In this document: positions 13,788 to 25,811 of the stretch, piece after piece
Position numbering within the stretch: the stretch's first letter is position 1
How the letters are laid out: every line of letters starts with the position of its first letter
Origin: Squalus acanthias
Lineage: Eukaryota
Assembly (NCBI GenBank): GCA_030390025.1
Contig: CM059433.1
Location: 27,592,001 to 27,656,000, forward strand
Direction of reading: 5' to 3'
DNA: 64,000 bases
Made by a program: the position numbers and the translations under genes
Notes under the pieces: generated by a model
What the model was told of the DNA's origin: nothing
What the model saw: only the letters and a program-made list of their open reading frames with translations
The model's database searches: none

Positions 13788-14013
13788 CTAAGCTCTGTAA
13801 TTCCCTCCCTAAACATCTCCACCTCTATCTCTCTCTCTCCTCCCTTAAAACGCTCCTTAAAACCTCTCTTTGATCAAGCTTTTGGTCATCTGTCCTGATA
13901 TCTCCTTCTGTGGCTCGGTGTCAAATTTTGATTAATAATACTCTTGAGAAGTGCCTTGGGACATTTTGCTACGTTAAAGGCACTATATATAGATGCAAGT
14001 TGTTGTTGTTGTT
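13788..14013 (+). mobile_element. L2 LINE 3' tail
   Basis: ccttaaaacctctctttgatcaagctttt...aaggcactatatatagatgcaa(gtt)n. Confidence 0.85.
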
Positions 14014-14039
14014 GTATTGGTAGGACCACCGAGGGAAAA

Positions 14040-14600
14040 TGACAAATACTGTACTTAGGCTGCATAAGTCTTTGGTACATCCGCACCGGGAGTATTTTGA
14101 CCAGTTTTGGAGCCCGCACTTGATGAAAGATATTGAGGCATTGCAGAGGATGCAGAAGGAGCAACAGGATGATATGAAATCTTCAAGCTCTTATTTATGA
14201 GGATAGGCTGTAAGAGTTGGGTTTATTTACTTTGGTGAAGCATAGGTTGGGAGGGAAAATGATTGATTTTTTAAAATGATGAAGGGATTGGATGCAATGT
14301 AGTTATTTGAAATGGAAGGGATGGTAAGACTGGAGGCAGTGCCTATAGATACCAGATGGTATGACTTGTCAGAGTCATCACCCTCTGGAACAAACATATG
14401 CAACATGTGGTGAGTGCGGGGTCACTACAATCCTTTAAGAGGGAACTTGGCAAGTTCCTGAGAGAACATTGCCAGTTACAGGGTTAGTTTAGATTATGAT
14501 ATGTCTCTCCTGGAGCCTCAGGGATTGGGAGAGGAATTGACCAGAGTTTTTTCTGAATTGGCCACGTTTCTTTGTCTGTTCCAAGAGGCAGTGTTACTAG
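14040..14600 (+). mobile_element. Old CR1 3' fragment
   Basis: Degenerate KSLV.PH.EY..QFWSP, ALQRMQ, SYEDRL..LGLFTL motifs; 3' UTR resembles the CR1 end at 26.8 kb. Confidence 0.7.
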
Positions 14601-15128
14601 GTGGTGGGATGGCAGTGGCGAGGTTATGCTGTCTGCTGGATGGGGTGAGCTTGATGGACCTGATAGTCTTTACTTGCCCTCTTTTAGTATGTTTGTATGT
14701 ACAGATTGGGGATTGTCTCTGGATCCTCCCTGGTGTGTAGCTCACAGAGTTCACCTAGTCAGTAGTTGACCCCAGGGACAATCCCCGTTCTGCAATACCC
14801 CATCGGAGAATTTATCTCTTCAAATTTCTGTTCCTTACTACGACTTGTACACAAATCAGAAAACACACAGTTAGTTAGTTTTCGTTCCACATTTATTTCC
14901 AGATGTTCAACTTCTCACATTTAAGTCATTGGAATAACATGACTCTTTAAAACATATGAACATATGAAAAACCTCCAGTCCAGCTCTGTACCAGCAGCCA
15001 CTCCCCGAACATTCAGCGATGACTTGAAACCTGTTGGTGGGTTGTCCAGAATTCCCACTTCTGTGTCGTTACAGCTTGAACAAAAACTGTACCAATCTTT
15101 ATTTTTAAAGTGCCAACTGTAAAATCTT

Positions 15129-15302
15129 TTAATTCACTGGGATCTGATCCCATTCCCTTAATTCACTGGGATCTGATCCCATTCCCTTAATTCACTGGGA
15201 TCTGATCCCATTCCCTTAATTCACTGGGATCTGATCCTATTCCTTTAATTCACTGGGATTTGATTTCATTCCTTTAATTCACTGGGATCTGGTCCCATTC
15301 CT
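15129..15302. repeat. Six-copy 29-bp tandem repeat with an internal palindrome
   Basis: Unit ttaattcactgggatctgatcccattccc containing TGGGATC-T-GATCCCA; no spacers. Confidence 0.95.
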
Positions 15303-15937
15303 TTAGGCCATGCTGTGCTCAATGGATTGGAATTCAGTTACTGAGCCAGGAGTGATTGGGTGATACATCAGCTCCACAACATTGAAGGGCAGAATGAAGC
15401 AGAATGTGAACCTAATCATTGGGATGCATCGGCACAATTTGTCTGAGGAAAATCTCTTCCGGCATGGCCTACTTTTAAAGACATTTTTTATATGTCCTAA
15501 CTTTGGAGGGCACGCCCACATATTTTTCCCCAACCTGCCCGGCTTCCTTTAGCACACCCCAGAACTTAGTTTGTTGACACACAAAGGCAACCCAGAACAA
15601 GGAAAAGAAACATACAAACATTCCCCACAAAGCCGAAGAGACAACCAGTTGGGTAGAAAATGCTGTGTTTCTTGAAGAATGAAGCGGAGCTTTCAAGGGA
15701 TCAGCTTACTAGGGATTCTATTCCCTTGCAGGGCCCACCCTTCTCACCCTGTGTACCAATTGGACAGTGTCCAGCAGTGTTTGGTGGATGTCGGAATGAA
15801 AAATAAAGATTCCCTAAAAAAAGGAGGGTCGTCTTTACTCTTCAAATGACTTTGCATTCTTGCATTCCTGAAGTCAATCTGGCAGTATTCACCACTGGAG
15901 TGTCTGAAAGCATGGTTTGTTAGGCTAGTGAAGGGTT

Positions 15938-17398
15938 AACATAGAAACATAGAAAATAGGAGCAGGAGTAGGCCATTCGGCCCCTCAAGCCTGCTCCGCC
16001 ATTCAATGCGATCATGGCTGATCATCCAAATTCAGTACCCTGTCCCTGCTTTCTCCCCATATCCCTTGGTCCCTTTAGCCTTAAGAAATATATCTAACTC
16101 CTTCTTGAATATATTTAATGAATTGGTCTCAACTGTCTTCTGTGGTAGAGAATTCCACAGGTTCACTACTCTCTGGGTGAAGAAGTTCCTCCTCATCTCA
16201 GTCCTAAATGGCTTACCCCTTATCCTTAGACTGTGACCCCTGGTTCTGGACTCCCCGACCATCGGGAACATCCTTCCTGCATCTAGTCTGTCTAGTCCTG
16301 CTAGAATTTTATAAGTTTCAATGAGATCCCCTCTCATTCTTCTAAACTCTAGCGAATACAAGCCCAATCGACCCAATCTCTCTTCATACATCATTCCTAC
16401 CATCCCAGGTATCAGTCTCGTCTATCTTCGCTGCACTCTCTCCATGGCAAGAACATCCTTCCTCAGATATGGCAACCAAAACTGCACACAATACTCAAGG
16501 TGTGGTCTCACCAAGGCCCTGTACAACTGCAGCAAGACATCCTTGCTCCTGTACTCGAATCCTCTCGCTATGAAGGCCAACATACCTTTTGCATTCTTAA
16601 CCGCCTGCTGCACCTGCATGCTTACCTTCAGCGACTGGTGCACAAGGACACCCAGGTCTCATTGCACTTCCCCTTTTCCCAATCTATTGCCGTTCAGATA
16701 ATAATCTGCCTTCCTGTTTTTGCCACCAAAGTGGATAACCTCGCATTTATCCACATTATACTGCATCTGCCATGCATCTGCCCAATCACCCAACCTGTCC
16801 AAATCATACTGGAGTTTCTCTGCATTCTCCTCACAGCACACACGCCCACCCAGCTTTGTGTCGTCTGCAAACTTGGAGATATTACATCTAGTTCCCTCGT
16901 CTAGATCATTAATATATATTGTGAATAGCTGGGGTCCTAGCACCGATCCCTGCGGTACCCCACTAGTCACTGCCTGCCACTCGGAAAAAGACCCGTTTAT
17001 TCCAACTCTTTGCTTTCTGTCTGCCAACCAGTTTTCTATCCAAGACAGTACCTTACCCCCAATCCCGTGTGCTTTAACTTTGCACGCTAATCTCTTATGC
17101 GGGACCTTATCGAAAGCCTTCTGAAAGTCCAAATACACCACATCCACTGGTTCTCCCTTATCTATTCTACCAGTTACATCCTCAAAAAATTCCAGTAGAT
17201 TAGTCAAGCATGATTTACCTTTTGTAAATCCATGTTGACTTTGTCCAATCCTGTCACTGTTTTCCAAGTGCTCTGCTATTTCGTCTTTTATAATGGACTC
17301 TAGCATTTTCCCCACTACCGATGTCAGGCTTACCGGTCTATAATTCCCCATTTTCTCTCTACCACCTTTTTTAAATAGTGGGGTTACATTAGCTACCC
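15938..17398 (-). mobile_element. Young 5'-truncated CR1 LINE inserted in the DIRS relic
   Basis: ORFs 16659-17398, 16422-16643 and 16032-16403 share one frame, broken only by two stops; full RT motifs; (aacataga)n tail at about 15938-15953. Confidence 0.95.
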
Positions 17399-17826
17399 AG
17401 AACCACCTTCTGCTGCAATTTTCTGTAGCATCCTGGAGATCAGGCAAACCTGAGCAACAGAATCTAGAAACAAAAGAACGTCGCAGCCTCTACCTTGACT
17501 GCCTGAAGTCCTCAAGCAGATTGGTGATTGTCCGGTGATACGAGCAAGTCGATCGATTTGGTAACCCCAAGTCCTGAAGATATTCTGGACTACTTCAGAG
17601 TGGATCATCCACTGGTCAGGGTGGACTACAAAGCAGCTGAGTGTGCCAACTATTGTGTTGTTCACCCCGGCCAAATGTGGCACCAAGAGTGTTACCCCGT
17701 GCTTCAAGCACCAATGGGAAGCAATGTGTCATCTTGACAGAGGGACCCGGGAGTAGGTCCCACCCTGTTTGTAGACATACCAGACTACTGCCATATTGTC
17801 TGTCTGGGGACACACTGACTTACCCT

Positions 17827-19463
17827 TGTAATGGGTTTTGGCGTGCTTGTACCACAGACGGTGCTGGTGCGAGGTTAGGCCTTCATTGCCTATTACTATT
17901 GCTTGCTCTGGTCTCCGGCCAGCCTTGTTGCAATAAGCACCTGTGAGTGGTTCGACCCACTCGCCCTTATGGTTCTAACACTGGACTTAGGTGCGAGAGC
18001 AGTAATGCAGAGAAAAACTCAAATAGACCCGGTTGAATAGTACGAAATGGAAATCTTTATTGCATAGCATCCAAAATCATGAAGTACATGTCATAGGCGC
18101 AAATTAACGAGAGTACAAGTATACATACATTCATAAAGCTTGGTCTATGGTAATGAAGAACGCACGGCACATCGTAAAAAGGGGAACACATTATACTTTA
18201 TCCTTAATAAAACCACCCTCCCCTATCAATACCTACACTACATCTAGATTTGTAGGATCGGGAAACATGCTCACCTCTCGTGATACTTCGGAGAATTTTA
18301 AAGTGAGGCGCTCGGCTCGTTTCGCTGCAGCGCCTGACTGTCACGTGTTTGGAGGGGTCTCTGTACCCCACTTGTTTATCTTCGCTGCTGCGACAAGCAG
18401 GCCAGGCTCCCCGTTGTCATGAAGAACTCGGTAGAACTCGGAACGTTTGTAAAATTCAAAGAAGAGTCTTCCTGTTCCCGACACCGGTTGTCAGTAGATT
18501 TCAATGAAGAGTTCTTTATTATATTTTCGGGCGCAGTCGGGGTTTACTGACCGTGGCGGCACGTGAATTCTTCTTCTTTTCTTGTCGTCTCGTCTCGTCT
18601 CTTCGGGCCTCCGGGTCCAGACACCATTTACCGACACTCGGGATGGTGCACCCGGTCACTTGACCTTGTCGGGGCGGCTCGTTCCGATTGAGCTCCACCC
18701 AACATTCGACTAACCGACCAGTGCGGCTAAAAGTCAAGAGTCAACAGAGTCCAGCCCTAAGGAAGAGCTTCAGCCAGCGATCGGGCGAGTCAAAAAGAGT
18801 CAGCAGAGATAAGAGACCGATGGACATTTGTTCACTATAGTTATAGTGCTGTGCCCGCTTATCTCCCGCCCAAATCTTAATGTTTGTCCTTTGTGTAATA
18901 TTGGCGCTCAAAACTCCCAGCATGGGGTGATTCTTGTCTTTAACGGGTTTCGGTAGCACCTGAGACTGGCCAACTACCCGTTAATGTTTTCCCCATTGTT
19001 GGCCCAGCCAGGATCGTATGAATCGTTTCCCTGACTGGTTTTGGGGGCCCCCGATACTTGTTTAATCACCCGAGAATGGCTCTCTCATTGTAGAGCCGTG
19101 GGGGTATTTGTGTATTGATGTGTCTGGATGGGCCTTCGATTGCCCAGTACAATGGTCCTTACTTGTGCATGGAAAACGATTCCAGCACTCATATCTTTTG
19201 CTATTGTCACAAATGCAAACAGGTTGCATCCTGTCTTTATCAGTGCTTATCGAGTATGATCCCGTCTTATATTGAAAATGTTTATTCGAACGCCATCTTG
19301 TCTGCCCACTGTACTTCTGGAAGGTTCTGCCACGATGCGCGGCGGCCATTTTACAGGCTTCTGTGTCCTTTTTAATCATGACAGCATTTCGTTTAAATAA
19401 ACTGATCAAACGAATCTGCTTCTCTCTCGTTATTTCGAATCGCGATAATTCCGAAACTTTACA
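17827..19463 (-). mobile_element. Solo LTR of 1637 bp from an ERV or LTR retrotransposon
   Basis: TGTAA...TTACA termini; TSD CCCT at 17823-17826 and 19464-19467; removal rejoins the DIRS RNase H; AATAAA on minus strand at 18056-18061; little CpG depletion. Confidence 0.85.
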
Positions 19464-21533
19464 CCCTGTACCAAGCCTAGAAGTGGATAATGTCCCATTG
19501 TACCGTTCACTCCTCGAGCCTGTTGAAATGCCAAGTGAACCCATCCATGTCCACTGGCTTAGAAGCCCATTCATCCTGAATGTGGCCTCCCACCCATATG
19601 TCAAAGCATTAGCTGAAGAGCCCCTAGAAAACAGCTGTGCTCCCAGGACCACTCGCTCTAGTTCAGACGCTGTGACAAAGGAGACCCGTGGAAACATTAC
19701 TGGCGGAGTAAGGCTCAACTGGAAAAATATCCTGAACAGTTGAGCCTTCTGGATGACAAAGCTAACTGTGACTATCACTCACTCGCTCTCAGTGTGGATG
19801 GTAGAAGATGCTGATGTCACTTTCAAGGACAGGTTACAAAGGACTCACTGGGTACGGCAAAAATATTAAAAGAGTACTTCGCATCGGTCTTCACTCTTGA
19901 AGATGATGCTCGACTATTAGATTTGAATGATTTTAATAATAAAACTTGTAGTATTAAATTAGATGAACATATTGTTTTAGAAAGAAGTAAGAACTTGAAA
20001 ATAGATAGAGCAGCTGGGCCAGAAGATATCCACCCGAGGGTCCTCAGAGAGACGGGACACGTGCTGTGCGAGCCCCTAGCCCGTATTTTTAATAGCTCAC
20101 TGCACTCTGGGATGGCTCCCGTATACTGGAATGAGGCTAATGTAGTCCCCATCTTTAAAAAAGGTGACAAGATGGACCCGGGTATCCATAGGCTTGTTAG
20201 TTTGACATCAGTAATAGGAAAGATGCTTGAGGGAATCATTAGGGATGCAATATACGATTGCTTGGATAGAGAGGGCCATATTAGGAACACCCAACATGGC
20301 TTCATAAAAAGGTCATGTCGTACAAATCTATTTTTAAAGAAGTTACGAAGTTGGTGGACGAGGGAAGCCGAGTAGACATTGTCTACTTAGACTTCCAAAA
20401 AGCTTTTGATAAGGTACCGCACAAGAGGCTTCTCTATAAGATTAATGCCTCTGGTATTAGTAATAATACATTGAGCTGGACTGAGAACTGGCTGGTAGGA
20501 CGTAGGCAAAAAGTAGTTATAGATGGATTTGGATCTGTTTGGAGACTGGTCACCAGTGGTGTCCTGCAGGGATCAGTGTTGGGACCATTGCTTTTTACTA
20601 TTTTTATTAATGATCTGGATATAGGTGTTGGGGCACGATCTACAAGTTTGCATATGATACTAAGATCTGTGCGAGTGTTTGGACGATAGACGATGCTCGT
20701 CTGCATCAGGCAGATCTTAATATGTTGGGAGATTGGGCTCATGACTGGCAAATGATGAATAAACTTGGATAAGTGCAGTGTTATGCATGTGGGCAGGGTG
20801 AATGCTCAACATTCATACACCCTTCAGGGAAAAACATTAAAGAAGGTGGAGAAAGAAAGAGATTTGGGCATTCTAGTGCATACATCTTTAAAGGTACATG
20901 AGCAATGTTGTGAAGCAATAGCAAGAGCAAATAGAGTGTTGGGGTGCATTCATAGGACAATGATGAGGCGTACTGTTTTGTTCTTGTACAAGACCTTGGG
21001 GTCAGGCCAGACTGTGTCCAGTTTTGATTTCCTCACATGATGAATTATATTGAGGCTGTGGAAAGGGTGCAGAGGAGGGCCACTAGACTAATTCCCAGTG
21101 TAAAGCATCTTAGTTATCAACACAATAGCAAAATACTGCGGATGCTGGAAATGACACGGTTGACACAGCCCTTGACCGTGTCCGCTCTATCTCCCGCACT
21201 TCTGCTCTCACCCCTTCCCCTCCCTCCCAGAACCACGATAGGGTTCCCCTTGTCCTCACCTTTCATCCCACCAGCCTCCACATTCAACGGATAATCCTCC
21301 GCCATTTCCGCCACCTCCAACGTGATCCCACCACCAAACACATCTTCCCCTCACCTCCCCTTTCAGCATTCCGAAGGGACCGCTCCCTCCGCGACACCCT
21401 GGTCCACTCCTCAATCACCCCTAACAGCCCTTCTCCTTCGCCTGGCACCTTCCCGTGCAAGCGCAGGAGATGCAACACATGCCCTTTTACCTCCTCCCTT
21501 CCCACTGTTCAGGGCCCCAAACACCCCTTCCCG

Positions 21534-21863
21534 GTGAAACAGCGATTTACTTGTACTTCTTGCAATTTAATATACTGTATTCGCTGCTCACGATGCGGTC
21601 TCCTCTACATTGGGGAGACCAAACGCAGATTGGGTGACCGCTTTGCGGAACACCTCCGTTCAGTCCGTAAGGGTGACCCTGAGCTTCCGGTCGCCTGTCA
21701 CTTTAATTCTCCGCTTCACTCCCACTCAGACCTCACCGTCCTCGGCCTTTTACACTGTTCCAATGAAGCTCAACGTAAGCTCGAGGAACAGCACCTCATC
21801 TTTCGATTAGGCACTTTACAGCCTTCCGGACTCAACATCGAGTTCAACAATTTCAGACAATAA
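21534..21863 (+). CDS. GIY-YIG endonuclease domain of the Penelope element (partial; upstream Cys-rich linker in another frame)
   Basis: FTCTSCNLIYCIRCSRCGLLYIGETKRRLGDRFAEH...PVACHFN...EEQHLIFRLGTLQPSGLN. Confidence 0.9.
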   Translation: MKQRFTCTSCNLIYCIRCSRCGLLYIGETKRRLGDRFAEHLRSVRKGDPELPVACHFNSPLHSHSDLTVLGLLHCSNEAQRKLEEQHLIFRLGTLQPSGLNIEFNNFRQ

Positions 21864-22043
21864 TCCCTGTCCCCATTTTTCATGCTGTATGATTTTGCCA
21901 TTCCCATTTGCAACATTTTATCTTTCCTGCCTCTTACATAAGCACAGTATGTTCTTTCAATTCCTTCCTCCCCTCCCAAACCCCCCCCCCCCCCCCCCTG
22001 TCTCTGCACCTGCTTAATATCTGCTACATCTCCAGCTTTTTCC

Positions 22044-22076
22044 AGTTCTGATGAAGGGTCCCAGACCTGAAACGTT
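22044..22076 (+). ncRNA. Minimal type I hammerhead ribozyme, interrupted (3' strand of helix I displaced to 26346-26349)
   Basis: AGTT-CTGATGA-A-GGGTC cca GACCT-GAAAC-GTT, with AACT on the far side of the Harbinger. Confidence 0.78.
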
Positions 22077-22356
22077 GGGCTGGATTTTGTCTTGGGGTCA
22101 GGTTGGGATTGTGTTACCCGCATTTCGTGTTGCCCCCCCCGACTCTAGATTAATGTGGATGAATGATGCGATTTTAACTTAATTGACCAATTGAGTTCCA
22201 ACATGTGGGAACCCATGGCCAATGAGTTATTCCAGTCTGAAAGTCGCCTCCGATGATGTAATCATTGCTGCTGCATTTAAGGTCTGCAACAAGCCTTGCT
22301 TCCTCTGCAGGCTGCCAAGCTTTTGGACCTCTAATCTAAAGGCACCTGCAGCAGGA

Positions 22357-24322
22357 ATGGCCAGCCAACGGCCCAGGGCTGCTCCCAGGTTCCATGACGT
22401 TGCCCTTCAGGCTTTGGTGGATGGAGCAAGAGCCAACAGGGAGGTGCTCTTCCCCTCCTCAGGGAGGAAGAAGCCTCCCCAGCAGACAAAGGCTGTGTGG
22501 GTCCAGATCGCCCAGGAGGTCACCTCCTTATCATTCACATGCAGAACCTGGATCCAGTGCAGGAAGAGGTTTCATGACCTTCTACGTACTGCTAAAGTGA
22601 GTATGACTTTCCCTTCACCCTCAATCTGATCCCCATTGCCTCTCCTCACCAGCACTCAGCTTTAGCAACCTCTTCCTCCATATCCCACTTGACACTGACA
22701 TCCATGCACCCTTACCCATTCCCTCTCCCTCTATGGTCACATTCACCTTACTATTCGACTATGCAGCCCTCACACTACCTATCACTGTCATGCTTTGAAA
22801 ACAACTTACAACACACAGGGAGGGCCCTTAGTCTCGCCACCTCAATCCATCTTTGTCTCCTTCTAAGCATCTATGCTATGGATTCTCTACACTCACTCCT
22901 TCAATCTCACTCAAACTCCACTTGTCTCCCTCATTGCAGGAAAAGAGAGCTCACAATAAAAGGGAAAGAGCCAGGACAGGAGGAGGGTCACCCTCATTAG
23001 CCCAGCTCACCCCCTGGGAGGATGCGGTCCTGGAGATCGTGGGCGTAGAGGAGGAAACGCAAGTGGGGGACGGACAGACGGGTGCATAAGAGCAAGCTGG
23101 TGACAGAATAGTGTTCCATCTCTCTCATTGGCATTGCATGAGTCGCTGATAATGAATCTGAAGCTCTAACAGATGGATTTATGATCATCTGCAATATGCA
23201 ATGTGCATGTAACCTTGGCATCACATCTCTGACTCTTTCCTTTACTCCCCCACAGGACCATCGCAAGCACCCATCCCCACTAGCCAGGAGGAAGAGCCTG
23301 AGCAGACAGACTCCTCAGAGGAAGCTGCAACCTCTGAGAGCGCAGTGTCAGCAGAACTCAGCGCACCCAGCACCAGCGCAGACACTCACATCTCGGTGGG
23401 ACCCTCGGGACATAGTGTAGTGTTGTCACCTGGTGTATCACAGCTCACAAGTGAGCATCAGCAGATGGTGGAGACAGGGACAGCAGTGGAGAGTCCTAGT
23501 CAGAGGGCGCAGGACTGTCCTAGCTCGGCTCAGCTGCATGTCGACCCTCTGTCTCTGGGTCCATCCATAAGATCAGCGGTGCTGGGACTCCAGGAACAGA
23601 TGCAGGAGTCTCTGACAGGTTTTGTCTCCAGGGTCGCTGCGAGTGTGGAGCGAATGGAGGAGTCCATAGCGAACATCAACAGAGCCTTTGTGGAGTCATT
23701 GGCGCATGAACGCATCACCACGGAAAGGATGGCAACCTCCGTGGAAAGGATGGCTACAGTAGATGAGAGGATGGCTACGGCTATGGAGGAGATAAGTCGC
23801 CAGAGTGCAGAAAACATGGTCATTGTTCAGAATAGACTGGCATCTCTTGAGGAGCGATGGTCATCTATTGAACAGAGAAACCAGACCTTCATGGAAGTCC
23901 TTCTGAGCAGGACTTCCAGTGCAGATACGGGTCCCCATGGCCCCCCTGATGTGCAGCAAGGTGCTCTCAAGCCACTTGCAAGCGCTGAGGTGGACCTGAC
24001 CCATGAGAGGGATGTTGGTGGCACACAACAAGGAGGTGGGGGCTCCTCTCCAAGCGCTCACACTTCCATGCCACTGACAGGTCCTCGGTCAGAGCCCCAC
24101 CAGAGTCCGCACCCAACTGAGATCGGCGTCTCAACCCCTGCCCAGCCGCAGGAGCAGCAGACTGTTGCCGAGCCCTCTCAGGTTCGCAACCCCAGAGGAC
24201 GCCCGCCAAAGGTGTCGAGACAGGAGCAGCAACAAAGTGAGCAGGGGGCCTCCACTTCTGCTGAAGCCACAGGGGAAGCACCACGTAGGAGCACGCGTAA
24301 GAGAAAGAAACTGCACAAATAG
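22357..24322 (+). CDS. Harbinger Myb/SANT-like DNA-binding protein, 3 exons (22357-22596, 22940-23099, 23256-24322), with one in-frame TAA at 23087-23089
   Basis: MASQRPRAAPRF...VLFP...W..IAQEV...RTWIQCRKRFHDL | EKRAHNKRERARTGGG; GT-AG introns in matching phases; C-terminal PRRSTRKRKK; AATAAA at 24390-24395. Confidence 0.85.
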
Positions 24323-24524
24323 TCACAAGGGTAGTCACTTGGGTGAATTTTGATGTGTATTGTGAAAAAGCCATCAGGTGTAAAGTTTAAATAAAAACTC
24401 TGATGGCTACAACTGCAGTTGTGGCGTCTGTCATTTCGCTAATGGGACTTCCACAATGAGGCCTTAGGATAACTTGCAATTGTCAGTATGGTGGTCACAT
24501 TGTTAGGGATCCGTTGGGTCTGGG

Positions 24525-25811
24525 TCATTGTCGTAGCTCTGGTAAGAAGCTGCGAGGCAAAAGTGCTTTCTTGTCTAGGCTAAGCAAATCTGGCCAAGAT
24601 GAGTGCGTTCCTTGCATGGTCTCGTGTAATGCTGCCGCTGGTTGAGGGGCCTCTGCAAGTTGTTCGTTCTCTCTCTCCTCCTCCTCCTCCTCCTCATCTG
24701 AGGAGGCTATGTGAGGAGCCACTTGGTCCTCCGGCATCTGTAAGCCACGACTCTGTGCCATGTTGTGAAGTGCACAGCAAACCACGACGATTCTGGAGAC
24801 CCTGGCTGCTGAGTATTGCAGGGCTCCACCTGATCTATCCAGGCATCTGAAGCGCATCTTCAGCATAGCGATGGTTTGCTCAATTATGGCTCTGGTGGAA
24901 ATGTGGCTGGAGTTGTAGCTCTCCTCAGATGCGTTGGATGGGCTCCTCAACGGCGTCATTAGCCACGTCTTCAGGGGATAGCCCTTGTCTCCAAGTAGCC
25001 ATCTGTGAAGTTGGTCTGGCGGACTGAATAGCGGAGGCACACTAGACTGGCGCAGTATGAAGGAGTCATGGCAACTGCCAGGGTACTTGGCACAAACATG
25101 CAGAACTTCCTTCTTGTGGTCATACACCAGCTGAACGTTGAGGGAGTGGAAGCCCTTGCGGTTGACAAAAATACCTGGATTGCAATGGGGTGCCTTAAGG
25201 GCCACATGTGTGCAGTCAACGATGCCGTGCACCCTTGGAAAGCCTGCCAGATTAGCTAATCCAACCGCACGCGCCGTGACACTTGCTCGATCCTTGGTGA
25301 AATGGATTTGATTGTGCGCGATGGCAAAGAGGGCATCGGTTACCTGCGTGATGCAGTTGTGTGCGGCCGCCTGGGAGATGCCGCTGATGTCTGCTGCTGA
25401 TCCCTGGAATGAGCCTGAGGCAAAAAAGTTGAATGCGGTGGTGACTTTGACGGCCACTGGTAAGGGGCGTCCACCTGGTCCTCTGGGCTCCAGGTCTTGT
25501 TGCAGCATTGCGCAGATGTCACCCACTACCTCTCGTGAAAGTCGGAGCCGCCTTTGGCACTGCTGCTCAGATATGTTGAGGTAGCTGACCCTCTGTCTGT
25601 AGACCCTGGTTGGGGGGTATCTCCTGCGCCGACGGCCTTCCATGCACTGGCCCCTTCTGTCCTGTGCAGCTTCAGGTGGGTGAGCAGCAGCTTGGCGCTC
25701 CTGCTGTTGCTGCTGCTGTTGGTGCTGCTGTTGTTCATGGTTCTGCTGGTGCCGCGGCTGTTGTTCGTCCTCATCGGATACCCAGGAGGGAAAGAAATAA
25801 ATGGCTCCCAT
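24525..25811 (-). CDS. Harbinger DDE transposase (HARBI1-like)
   Basis: Uninterrupted ORF with [15 protein letters not shown] (D), [28 protein letters not shown] (D), [18 protein letters not shown] (E), CCALHN; likely start MGAIY at 25811. Confidence 0.95.
   Translation of the reverse strand: MGAIYFFPSWVSDEDEQQPRHQQNHEQQQHQQQQQQQERQAAAHPPEAAQDRRGQCMEGRRRRRYPPTRVYRQRVSYLNISEQQCQRRLRLSREVVGDICAMLQQDLEPRGPGGRPLPVAVKVTTAFNFFASGSFQGSAADISGISQAAAHNCITQVTDALFAIAHNQIHFTKDRASVTARAVGLANLAGFPRVHGIVDCTHVALKAPHCNPGIFVNRKGFHSLNVQLVYDHKKEVLHVCAKYPGSCHDSFILRQSSVPPLFSPPDQLHRWLLGDKGYPLKTWLMTPLRSPSNASEESYNSSHISTRAIIEQTIAMLKMRFRCLDRSGGALQYSAARVSRIVVVCCALHNMAQSRGLQMPEDQVAPHIASSDEEEEEEERENEQLAEAPQPAAALHETMQGTHSSWPDLLSLDKKALLPRSFLPELRQ

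Noticed and set aside
15129..15302. CRISPR-like 29-bp palindromic repeats
   Set aside because: Head-to-tail with no spacers, no cas genes, vertebrate context.
18980..19030. ILAGPTMGKT as a Walker A motif of a viral helicase
   Set aside because: Spacing is wrong for GxxxxGKT and the frame closes soon after, with no Walker B.
17827..19463. Reversed, complemented or contaminant segment suggested by high CpG
   Set aside because: TG...CA termini, a 4-bp TSD and clean rejoining of the DIRS flanks indicate a real LTR insertion; CpG is about equal to GpC rather than inverted.
19062..19778. 238-aa ORF as a single gene
   Set aside because: It is a chance fusion of DIRS RNase H sequence (19464-19778) with the LTR frame.
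19799..19815. tggtagaagatgc as a tRNA primer-binding site
   Set aside because: Not adjacent to the TSD-defined LTR end and lies within DIRS-derived sequence.
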